DNA from: an uncultured Alphaproteobacteria bacterium
GTDB taxonomy: Bacteria > Pseudomonadota > Alphaproteobacteria > Rs-D84 > CACZYB01
Length of the DNA stretch: 64,000 nt
Assembly (NCBI GenBank): GCA_963544995.1
Contig: CAUUHH010000001.1
Coordinates: 31,465-95,464 of the forward strand
Direction: 5' to 3'
The notes below the pieces were generated by a model. That model was not told the origin of the DNA, searched no databases, and saw nothing but the letters and a program-made list of their open reading frames with translations. Made by a program: the position numbers and the translations under genes. Positions 47,803 through 56,001 of the stretch are shown here, one piece after another (the first letter of the stretch is position 1; each line of letters starts with the position of its first letter).

Positions 47803-48819
47803 CTAATAGCTAATATAAATTTCTGTTCTTCTGTTTACAGCTTCGTTAAGAGGCATATTTTCCTCTGCAACCTTTTCTGTATCTGCAACAGCATTAATGA
47901 ACACATTCTTTGGGTTTACGCCATATTTTAGAAGTAAATTTCTAACCTTTTCTGCGCGCATCAATGAAAGTTCAAAATTTTTTATTTTATTTTCAACTAT
48001 TTTCATATTTTTTGAACGACTGGATGAATGACCAACTATAGTTACTATACCATCCTTACGTTTTACAAAATCAGCAACCATTTTTATAGCATCTGTATTA
48101 TTTATATCACTTTTTGTATGAGAATGATATATTATACTATGTAAGAAAGTTATATTCTTTTTTGTAGAGTTTTTTGAGTATAAGTTTCTATCATACGACC
48201 CATTATAAATAACCTGATTATTTTGATCATTTTCTGCAATAATGTCTACTTTTGTTGTTTTAGCGGTATTTATAAGCTTTCTTTTGGAAGAAACGAAAGG
48301 TTTTTTTATACCTCTTTTTTCTTCAGCACTTTTTACAGCCAATTCAAATTCATCATCAATATTTTCCTTTTTATAACTTGCAGCAGTTATATCTATATTC
48401 TCATCTTTTTTAACTGGTTCTGGAATTATAACCTTTATTTCATCTTTTTTATCTGAGAATACAATTTTTTTATTTTCTACCTGATTTATTTCATTTTTTA
48501 TAGTTTCAGTTTTTAAGGTTTTATTTTCTGCTATCTTTATCTGTTTTTTATCTTCTTTATTTTCAGAAACTTTAACATCTGTAGCTTTTTCTATTATCAC
48601 TGGTTTTGTTGTACTTTTATACACAACATTTTGATCGATTAAATCGTTACTAGATACTGAGATATCCTGTTCGTATCCTGAAGAATCTGCACAACCTGAA
48701 AGAATTAAACATATCCCAAATAGATAAAGAAAATTTCTATTTATAAATTTCATTTTATTTCCCTTTATATACAAAGCATAGAATAATTTCATAATATCTT
48801 TTCCATATAAAGATTTCAA
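47803..48819 (-). CDS. OmpA-family (peptidoglycan-associated) lipoprotein/secreted protein.
   Basis: N-terminal signal (…CLILSGCADS). C-terminal OmpA-like domain (…IVGHSSSRSKN…LSLMRAEKVRNLLLKYGV…NRRTEI…). Confidence 0.65.
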   Translation of the reverse strand: MKSLYGKDIMKLFYALYIKGNKMKFINRNFLYLFGICLILSGCADSSGYEQDISVSSNDLIDQNVVYKSTTKPVIIEKATDVKVSENKEDKKQIKIAENKTLKTETIKNEINQVENKKIVFSDKKDEIKVIIPEPVKKDENIDITAASYKKENIDDEFELAVKSAEEKRGIKKPFVSSKRKLINTAKTTKVDIIAENDQNNQVIYNGSYDRNLYSKNSTKKNITFLHSIIYHSHTKSDINNTDAIKMVADFVKRKDGIVTIVGHSSSRSKNMKIVENKIKNFELSLMRAEKVRNLLLKYGVNPKNVFINAVADTEKVAEENMPLNEAVNRRTEIYISY

Positions 48820-48841
48820 TAACTTTATTTTTATAAAATTA

Positions 48842-49537
48842 TTAATTTTTTATGAAATTTAGATATATAGGAATTCGTTTTTCACGAATTGCCTTTTGTT
48901 CGTATTTGGTGGTTTCCCAATCTGGTGGAGTCTTTGTAAAACTGGATGAAGATATTACATCCCAGCGAAATAAATTTTGATTTTGCATAATAAATAATAC
49001 CCAGGTGGTATAGATATGATGATCACTTACAATAAGAAGATTGCCTTTTGATTTAATTAATCTTGCAAAAAGTTTTATATTATCATTATTTATAATACGT
49101 CTGTTTTCATTTCTATTTTTTGGCCAAGGATCTGGATATAAAATGTATATGGTATCAAAAATATCTTCTGGTAAATATTGAAATAGTAAATTTACATCAT
49201 TTGGAAAAATACGAATATTTTTTATGTTATTATCAATTATTTGTTTTATGATAGATGCGTTACCATTTATAAAAACTTCTGTTCCAATAAATGCGACTGT
49301 TGGGTTCTTAAGAGCCATTTGTATCAAATGTTCACCGGTACCATATCCTATTTCGAAAACATATTTTGATGGTGTAAAATCGAATAATTTTGAAAAGTCT
49401 ATTTTTTCATCTTTATTTTTTGGTATTAATATTTCGAAATCACACAAGTAATTTTCAAGCAAGACTTCTTTTGCTTTACTCATACCCTTACCTTTTCTTC
49501 GACCAAAGAAAGTTTTTTGTGTAACAATATTTTCCAT
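48842..49537 (-). CDS. trmB: tRNA (guanine-N7)-methyltransferase.
   Basis: 231 aa with FEIGYGTGEHL SAM-binding motif and the conserved TrmB core. Confidence 0.8.
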   Translation of the reverse strand: MENIVTQKTFFGRRKGKGMSKAKEVLLENYLCDFEILIPKNKDEKIDFSKLFDFTPSKYVFEIGYGTGEHLIQMALKNPTVAFIGTEVFINGNASIIKQIIDNNIKNIRIFPNDVNLLFQYLPEDIFDTIYILYPDPWPKNRNENRRIINNDNIKLFARLIKSKGNLLIVSDHHIYTTWVLFIMQNQNLFRWDVISSSSFTKTPPDWETTKYEQKAIREKRIPIYLNFIKN

Positions 49538-49552
49538 TTTTATAAATTAATA

Positions 49553-50677
49553 TTAAAGCCAATCTTTTATTTTATCAAAAAAGCTTTTTGTATTACTGTT
49601 CGTTTTTCTATCTAACTCGAATGCCCTTAATAATTCTTCTTGTTTTGCAGTAAGTTTTGTTGGAGTTTCAACAGTAATATTTAAATACATATCACCCCTT
49701 GCAGATGAACCAAGTGAAGTCATACCCTTTCCACGAAGACGTAATCTTTCACCCGTTTGTATTCCCTTTGGAATGTTTACATCTGCCTTACCACCCTCTA
49801 TTATTGGGACCTCTATAATTCCACCAAGAGCAGCTTCCCCAAATGAAAGAGGGATATTTAAGAATAGATTTCTACCATCTCTTTCAAAAATTTTATGTTC
49901 TTTTATCATTATATATATAAATAAATCACCTGATGGACTGCCTGCAAATCCTGCTTCACCTTCACCACTTATTCGGAGTTTCGTTCCATTATCAACGCCT
50001 GATGGAATTTTTACTTCTAGTGTTTTTGACTCGGTTTCTATACCAGTTCCATTACAGTAAGAACAAGGATTTTTTACTTTATGACCAGTTCCATTACATT
50101 CTGGACACATTTGCTGACTCATGAAAAAGCCTTGTCTGATATTTATAACGCCGGCTCCTCGACATTTAGGACAAGTTGTAACACTATCACCACCATGACC
50201 AGAACAATGGGAACATTTTCCATTTCGTCTGAAAGAAATATTTTTTATAGTTCCAGTAAATGCCTCTTCAAGAGTTATTACCATATCATAACGTAGATCC
50301 TGTCCTTTTGTGGATTTTTGTGTGCTTCGCCCACCACCCATAAAATCAGAAAATATATCTGAAAATATATCTGAGAATCCACCTTCTCCGCCAAAATTAA
50401 AATCAAAACCATTAGAATTAAATCCAGCACCAGGGCCACCGCCCATCCCATTTTCAAAAGCAGCAGATCCATATTGATCATAGGCAGCTTTTTTTTGAGG
50501 ATCTTTTAATACTTCATAAGCTTTATTAATTTCTTTAAATTTTTCTTCAGCAGATTTATCTCCTTGATTTCTGTCAGGATGATATTTCATAGCCATTTTT
50601 CTATAGGCACTTTTTATCTCATCGTCACTGGCACCTTTTTTAATTCCAAGTAAATCATAATAATCAGTATTTGCCAT
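49553..50677 (-). CDS. dnaJ: Chaperone DnaJ (type I Hsp40).
   Basis: J-domain with HPD (YHPDRN), G/F region, four CxxCxGxG zinc-finger repeats and a C-terminal substrate-binding domain. Confidence 0.9.
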   Translation of the reverse strand: MANTDYYDLLGIKKGASDDEIKSAYRKMAMKYHPDRNQGDKSAEEKFKEINKAYEVLKDPQKKAAYDQYGSAAFENGMGGGPGAGFNSNGFDFNFGGEGGFSDIFSDIFSDFMGGGRSTQKSTKGQDLRYDMVITLEEAFTGTIKNISFRRNGKCSHCSGHGGDSVTTCPKCRGAGVINIRQGFFMSQQMCPECNGTGHKVKNPCSYCNGTGIETESKTLEVKIPSGVDNGTKLRISGEGEAGFAGSPSGDLFIYIMIKEHKIFERDGRNLFLNIPLSFGEAALGGIIEVPIIEGGKADVNIPKGIQTGERLRLRGKGMTSLGSSARGDMYLNITVETPTKLTAKQEELLRAFELDRKTNSNTKSFFDKIKDWL

Positions 50678-50744
50678 AATACATGTATCCCGTATAATTT
50701 GTAATTTTTATTATATGTCTAAATGTAGTAATTTATTACATAAT

Positions 50745-50751
50745 TTTCAAG
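50745..50751 (-). promoter_or_regulatory. CTTGAAA (-35-like sigma32/RpoH element) upstream of dnaJ.
   Basis: Minus-strand CCTTGAAA about 70 nt upstream of the dnaJ ATG, directly after the SOR stop. The same heptamer occurs upstream of dnaK. Confidence 0.25.
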
Positions 50752-50756
50752 GTTTG

Positions 50757-51116
50757 TTATATATCTGTTTTCCAAAGTCCATGCAAAGTGCAATATTCAT
50801 ATACAGTAATAGGTTTTTCATTTTTTATACAAAATATTACCTCTGGTTTATCATTTGGTTTTAAGTATTTTATTTGGCCACCATTTTCTGTTTCAAGGTA
50901 TATAAATGATATGTAATGATTTTCATCCATTGGATGAGTAATACTTCCTATTGTTACAGTTAAGATATCGTCATTTATCTTTATATCTGGAATATGTTTT
51001 TCCTTTGATGCATCGGATGTATTAGGTGTTAATTCAATAAATTCAGTATTATTAATAATTGTGTTTGACAAAATTACTGTTTTTGAAGTGGTATTTAAGT
51101 AAAATTTTGTATTCAT
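50757..51116 (-). CDS. Superoxide reductase (desulfoferrodoxin/neelaredoxin family; class III-like, with Cys-less N-terminal domain).
   Basis: All Fe centre-II ligand motifs are present: EKHIPDI, HPMDENHYISFIYL, CTLHGLWK. N-terminal ~35 aa lacks the CxxC desulforedoxin Cys. Confidence 0.7.
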   Translation of the reverse strand: MNTKFYLNTTSKTVILSNTIINNTEFIELTPNTSDASKEKHIPDIKINDDILTVTIGSITHPMDENHYISFIYLETENGGQIKYLKPNDKPEVIFCIKNEKPITVYEYCTLHGLWKTDI

Positions 51117-51248
51117 ATGTTTTCTCCTGTATGTTTGTTTCAGTTTAACAATAGTATATATATTAAGTAAAGTTTTAATGTTAAAATTTATTTTTTATTG
51201 TATTATTAAAATAATGTTATAATCTGAATTTGAATAGAGGAAATTACT

Positions 51249-51701
51249 ATGCTTGAAAGTATTTGGAATTTATTTAGTTTTGATTTACTGCCAACCTTGC
51301 CTATTAAATTTAATATTATTCGTTTTATTGTTTTAATAATTTTCGTATCCATACCATCTGTTATTGCATATCTTAAACAATCTATAAAACGATATAGAAT
51401 CCATATATTTGTTATGATGGATTTTTTACTGTTTTATTTTTGTATATTCGTTCCAGTTGAGGATATGTATTTTGATAGAGGCGATTTAACAATATTTGCA
51501 AAAACTTTGTATGTTTTGTTATTTTTGTTTTCTATTTTAGATAACAGAGAAAGGACAGATAGATGGAATAATGTTGTAAATAATTTTAAAAATATTAAAA
51601 ATTCTGCTTTGGAATATATTCATAATTTAAATGGTAATTTAAACAGAAAAAGTAAACCTGTAGGTAAGAAAAATGCAAAAACAAAGAACAATAAAAAATA
51701 G
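51249..51701 (+). CDS. Hypothetical small membrane protein.
   Basis: 150 aa, 2-3 predicted TM helices, basic C-tail. Overlaps the lpxC start by 29 nt. Confidence 0.35.
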   Translation: MLESIWNLFSFDLLPTLPIKFNIIRFIVLIIFVSIPSVIAYLKQSIKRYRIHIFVMMDFLLFYFCIFVPVEDMYFDRGDLTIFAKTLYVLLFLFSILDNRERTDRWNNVVNNFKNIKNSALEYIHNLNGNLNRKSKPVGKKNAKTKNNKK

Positions 51702-52527
51702 TATTACTATTTCAGGAATAGGACAACATAAGGGAACAGTTAATACAATAAATCTTATCCCTGCAGATGTTAATACGGGGATAATGTTTGAAATAAAAGG
51801 TAAAAAATATTTAGTAAATAAAGAAAATGTTGTTGGCAATGGTGGTTTTACATATATAGGTGATGATGGTATAAATGTTAAAACAATAGAACATCTGCTA
51901 TCAGCAATATGTGGTTTAGGTATAGATAATTTAATTATAAAAACAGAAAGTGAAGAAATTCCTATATTAGATGGTTCATCTGAATGTTTTGTGAAAGAAT
52001 TAACTGAAAAAGCTGATTTTATAGAGCAAGATATTAGTAGAAAATATATTAAAATTTTGAAAGATATTGTTTATAAAGATGATAGTGGAGAAGTTAAATT
52101 ATCACCATCTGATAAACACTTATTGACGTTAGATGTTACAATAGATTATGCAAATATAAAACCTATAGGTATAGAAAGAGAAGTTATAGATTTAACAGAA
52201 GAAAATTATAAAGATATTATTTGTCATGCCAGAACCTTTGCAAGAATGAGTGATGTAGAATACTTACATTCAAAAGGTTTATGTTTAGGAGCAACCCTTA
52301 ATAGTGGAATTGCAGTAGATGAAGAAAAAATTTTAAATCCAGAAGGACTTCGCATGCCGAATGAATTCGTTTTTCATAAAATTTTAGATGCAATTGGAGA
52401 TTTGTTTGTTGCTGGATACAGAATTATAGGAAATTATAAAAGTATTAAAGGGGGCCATACCCATAATAATGGATTAGTAAAATTATTAATGTTAGATGAA
52501 TCTAATTATCAGATAATAGAACTGTAA
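51673..52527 (+). CDS. lpxC: UDP-3-O-acyl-N-acetylglucosamine deacetylase.
   Basis: MQKQRTIKNSITISGIGQHKGTVNTINL…, conserved His/Asp zinc ligands (…HLLSAICGLGIDN…, …HKILDAIGDL…). Confidence 0.85.
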   Translation: MQKQRTIKNSITISGIGQHKGTVNTINLIPADVNTGIMFEIKGKKYLVNKENVVGNGGFTYIGDDGINVKTIEHLLSAICGLGIDNLIIKTESEEIPILDGSSECFVKELTEKADFIEQDISRKYIKILKDIVYKDDSGEVKLSPSDKHLLTLDVTIDYANIKPIGIEREVIDLTEENYKDIICHARTFARMSDVEYLHSKGLCLGATLNSGIAVDEEKILNPEGLRMPNEFVFHKILDAIGDLFVAGYRIIGNYKSIKGGHTHNNGLVKLLMLDESNYQIIEL

Positions 52528-52542
52528 ATTTAGGAGAGCATT

Positions 52543-53016
52543 TTGAAGATTATTGGAATAGATCCTGGACTTAGGTTTACAGGTTGGGGAGTTGTTGAAT
52601 TCAATAATAATCAATTTAATCATATAGCAAATGGAACCATAAAAATTAAAACAGATTTACCATTATCTGAAAGGTTACTTTTTATTTATAATGAATTAAG
52701 TAAAATATTAAAATATTATACACCTGATTTTGCATCAGTTGAGGAAGTCTTTGTAAATGTTAATCCATCATCAACATTAAAATTAGGACAAGCAAGGGGT
52801 ATTGCAATTTTGACACCTGCTTTATTTAATATACCAGTTTTTGAATATTCTCCTAATTTAATAAAAAAATCTGTAGTAGGGGTTGGACATGCAAGTAAGG
52901 AACAAATACAAATGATGGTTGGTGTTTTATTAAATAAACCCAAAATAGATTCTGAACATTCTGGAGATGCCCTTGCAATGGCAATATGTCATGCACATAA
53001 CAGAAAATTTGTATAA
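52543..53016 (+). CDS. ruvC: Holliday-junction resolvase RuvC.
   Basis: MKIIGIDPGLRFTGWGVV… catalytic Asp, …EEVFVNVNPSSTLKLGQARG… and C-terminal …SGDALAMAICHA. Confidence 0.85.
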   Translation: MKIIGIDPGLRFTGWGVVEFNNNQFNHIANGTIKIKTDLPLSERLLFIYNELSKILKYYTPDFASVEEVFVNVNPSSTLKLGQARGIAILTPALFNIPVFEYSPNLIKKSVVGVGHASKEQIQMMVGVLLNKPKIDSEHSGDALAMAICHAHNRKFV

Positions 53017-53061
53017 TGATTTATTAAATTTTTATCATTTAATTAAAAAATTATAAAAAAA

Positions 53062-53091
53062 ATGGAGTCATTAAAGACTCCATATTTTTTT
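53062..53091. terminator. Bidirectional rho-independent terminator between ruvC (+) and tsf (-).
   Basis: ATGGAGTC-attaaa-GACTCCAT hairpin flanked by an A-run upstream and a T-run downstream. Confidence 0.5.
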
Positions 53092-53103
53092 GTTTTAACG
53101 TAA

Positions 53104-53985
53104 TTAGCAACATTCTTCAGATTTTACCTCTATACCTTCACCTACTGCATAGCGTAAGAATTTGGTAATTTTTGCATTACCACCAATAGAAGCTACTACA
53201 TCTTTTATCTTTTTTGATGGTTCCATAAAGAAAGCTTGTTCGTTTAAAACAACTTCTTCATAGTATTTATTTATTCTACCATTTACCATTTTTTCAACTA
53301 TTTCAGCTGGTTTTCCAGATTTTAAAGCAGTTTCTTTAAATATTGCTTTTTCCCTTTCTAGAGAATCTGCATCAACATCTTCTATATTTAAAAATAGAGG
53401 GGAACTTGCTGCAACATGCATCGCTATTGTATCACCGATTTCAAGAATTTTTGCCCTATCTGCGGAAGATTCTATACCAACAAGAACAGCTATAAGGCCT
53501 TCACCATCTGTAACTTTGTTATGAACATATGATATAACTGCACCATTTTTAACCTCTACAACATCACTTCTACGGATATTTAGATTTTCACCAATTGTTG
53601 CTATTTCATTTGCAAGAGCATCCGAAACACTTACTCCATTAATATTTGCATTTAAAATATCATTAATATTTCCATTCTTTTCGAATGCAACATCTGTCAT
53701 TGTTTTCACAAAAGATTGAAATTTTTCATTCCTTGCGACAAAGTCTGTTTCACTATTAACCTCTAAAACAATTCCTTTATTTCCGTCAACTTTTAAAGAA
53801 ACAAGACCTGCAGCTGCTGTTCTGTCACTTTTTTTGGCCGCTTTTGATAAACCTTTTTTCCTTAAAACGTCTATTGCGGCTTCTATATCACCGTTTGCCT
53901 CAATTAGTGCTTTTTTGCAATCTAACATACCTGCACTAGTTCTATCACGAAGAGTTTTTACTAAACTTGCACTTATCTCTGCCAT
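53104..53985 (-). CDS. tsf: Elongation factor Ts.
   Basis: N-terminal UBA-like …LVKTLRDRTSAGMLDCKKALIEANGDIEAAIDVLRKKG… and dimerisation domains. Confidence 0.9.
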   Translation of the reverse strand: MAEISASLVKTLRDRTSAGMLDCKKALIEANGDIEAAIDVLRKKGLSKAAKKSDRTAAAGLVSLKVDGNKGIVLEVNSETDFVARNEKFQSFVKTMTDVAFEKNGNINDILNANINGVSVSDALANEIATIGENLNIRRSDVVEVKNGAVISYVHNKVTDGEGLIAVLVGIESSADRAKILEIGDTIAMHVAASSPLFLNIEDVDADSLEREKAIFKETALKSGKPAEIVEKMVNGRINKYYEEVVLNEQAFFMEPSKKIKDVVASIGGNAKITKFLRYAVGEGIEVKSEECC

Positions 53986-53988
53986 TTA

Positions 53989-54747
53989 TTATTCTCCCTC
54001 TTTTACTTCTACTTTTGGATTTAATATTGCACCTAAATCAGCACCAGATTTTTTAAGTTGTTCTTCTAACCCATCTAATACTGCTTTTACTGCAAGATCA
54101 GTATAAAGTTTTATAGCCTTTATTGCATCATCATTTCCAGGTATTGGAAAATCAACATAAGAAGGATCAGCATTAGAATCACAAACTGCTACAACAGGTA
54201 TACCAAGCTTGTTTGCTTCGGTAATCGCAAGAGTTTCTTCGGTCGCATCAATAATAAATATTATATCTGGAGAACCATTCATATCAACAACGCCACCAAG
54301 AACAGCATTTAGTTTTCTATACTCTAACTCTTTTTTAGCTATTTCTTTTTTAGTTAGCGCCAACTTTTCAGCATTTTTTATTGTTTCATCCAAATTTTTT
54401 AATTTTTTTATAGAATTAGCAATTGTTTTCCAGTTGGTAAGCATACCACCAAGCCACCTGGTATTAACATAATATTGTCCGCAAAGTTTTGCTGCCTCGG
54501 CAATTATATCTTGAGATTGTCTTTTTGTTCCAACAAATAAAATTTTACCACCATTTGCAGCAACATTTTTAAGTTCTGTTAATGCAGCGTGAAGCATAGG
54601 AACAGTTTTTTGTAGATTTATTATATGAATTTTATCTTTTACACCAAAAATATATGGAGCCATTTTTGGATTCCATCTGCGTGTATGGTGCCCAAAGTGA
54701 CAACCAGATTCTATTAGTTCTTTCATAGTAAATTTAGGAAATGCCAT
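53989..54747 (-). CDS. rpsB: 30S ribosomal protein S2.
   Basis: …LIESGCHFGHHTRRWNPKMAPYIFG… and conserved S2 core. Lies 3 nt upstream of tsf. Confidence 0.9.
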   Translation of the reverse strand: MAFPKFTMKELIESGCHFGHHTRRWNPKMAPYIFGVKDKIHIINLQKTVPMLHAALTELKNVAANGGKILFVGTKRQSQDIIAEAAKLCGQYYVNTRWLGGMLTNWKTIANSIKKLKNLDETIKNAEKLALTKKEIAKKELEYRKLNAVLGGVVDMNGSPDIIFIIDATEETLAITEANKLGIPVVAVCDSNADPSYVDFPIPGNDDAIKAIKLYTDLAVKAVLDGLEEQLKKSGADLGAILNPKVEVKEGE

Positions 54748-54911
54748 GATTTTGTCCTTTCATTTTTATTAGTTATTTCCTCTACTGGTATTCTGATAAA
54801 TCAGACTAATCTAGGTTATAAAGGAAGATTAAAACCTTTACCAGTATGTTTATTCCCTTTTTAAAGGGTTGGGTTATTTTATAAAATACTAGGCAAAAGT
54901 CAATAAAAAAT

Positions 54912-55373
54912 CTATGGATACGTTGTTTTATTACAAATAACTATTTTATTTTCAATAAAATGGAATGCTTTATTTAATTCTATAACTAAATCATTATAAC
55001 TTGTTTCATTAATTTTATTCCTAGCAGTAATTACAAAATCATATCCAATTAAATTATAATTTCTGATATTTTCATTTATTCCAGACCTTAATTTTCGTTT
55101 TATAAGATTTCTTTTTACTGCTAATTTTGATATACTTTTTTTACTTACTGTAATTCCTATATGTAAATTATTATCTGTAAATCTGGTTTTAGCCCAGTTT
55201 ATTATAAATATAGAAGAGTTATATAAATTATTACTAGGAATAACTTTTATTCTTTCTGGTTTAAAACTGTTTTTAAGTCTTGTACTGGGATTTACCCTTT
55301 TAAAATCATTTAAACGACTTTTAAGAGGAATTATTTTTATAGGACTGTTTTTAAAATTTATAGAATTTACCAT
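54912..55373 (-). CDS. rnpA: Ribonuclease P protein component (divergent).
   Basis: Basic 153-aa protein directly downstream of rpmH. RNR-like motif region …VKRNLIKRKLRSGINE…. Confidence 0.6.
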   Translation of the reverse strand: MVNSINFKNSPIKIIPLKSRLNDFKRVNPSTRLKNSFKPERIKVIPSNNLYNSSIFIINWAKTRFTDNNLHIGITVSKKSISKLAVKRNLIKRKLRSGINENIRNYNLIGYDFVITARNKINETSYNDLVIELNKAFHFIENKIVICNKTTYP

Positions 55374-55390
55374 AATTACAATTTTTAAAT

Positions 55391-55411
55391 AAAAAAAGGG
55401 CTGTCTAGCCC
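55391..55411 (-). terminator. Hairpin plus T-run between rpmH and rnpA (attenuator/terminator).
   Basis: Minus strand GGGCTAGACAGCCC followed by TTTTTTT. Confidence 0.4.
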
Positions 55412-55435
55412 GATAAATCTTAAATTCTTTGAAAA

Positions 55436-55582
55436 TTAGAATTCAACTTGAACACAGATTCTTTTTCTACCTTTCGCCCTTCTTGCACTTAAAACTTTTC
55501 TTCCGTTAAAAGTTGCCATACGAGCACGAAAGCCATGTCTCCTGCTACGAACTATCTTGGATGGCTGAAATGTTCTTTTCAT
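55436..55582 (-). CDS. rpmH: 50S ribosomal protein L34.
   Basis: [42 protein letters not shown]… canonical L34. The ORF-track start at 55681 is an upstream extension artefact. Confidence 0.85.
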   Translation of the reverse strand: MKRTFQPSKIVRSRRHGFRARMATFNGRKVLSARRAKGRKRICVQVEF

Positions 55583-55625
55583 AATAAATACCCTTATAAT
55601 AAAAAATTTTTTCGTATAATATATA

Positions 55626-55950
55626 TTGTTAAACAAAAAAGTCAAGCAAAATCGGGACTTTCTGTTGATAGGTTGTCCCATACCCCACTTTAAAGGTTCT
55701 ATATCTTTAAAGAATTTAGTTCGCGAGCCACTAATTAAGCAGCCATTGCGAAAGAACGAGTATCATTTGCGTTCATTTTTTTTCGACCCGATTGAAAGTC
55801 GGAATCATCACTTAATACACCTTAACCCTTTATTGTATCCGTCAAAGCTATTTTACCCCCGTTAATGAATTTTTAAATTTTGGTGGAGGTATGGGGTACT
55901 GCCCCCCAGTCCGAAATACCTATTCTAATTAAGATTTAGTATTATAGTCA
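55626..55950 (-). ncRNA. ssrA: tmRNA (ssrA), permuted two-piece alphaproteobacterial type. Order is acceptor piece (…CCUCCACCA-3'), ~20-nt intervening segment, then coding piece starting GGGGGUA…. Tag peptide is [11 protein letters not shown].
   Basis: Minus strand reads …GGGGGGCAGTACCCCATACCTCCACCA | AAATTTAAAAATTCATTAAC | GGGGGTAAAATAGC…. The 5' GGGGGTA pairs with TACCTCC, giving the G3:U70 wobble. Resume codon and tag GCA AAT GAT ACT CGT TCT TTC GCA ATG GCT GCT TAA at 55770..55735. TATAAT -10 at 55946..55941. Exact boundaries are approximate. Confidence 0.6.
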
Positions 55951-56001
55951 TAAAGACATTTTTATTTTATAAATTATTTTTACTTTTTCAATATAATTTA
56001 A

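Noticed and set aside
55583-55681. 81-aa ORF 55436..55681 as a longer L34.
   Set aside because: Only the C-terminal 48 aa (from MKRTFQPS) are L34. The upstream part runs into the ssrA 3' region and is an ORF-finder artefact.
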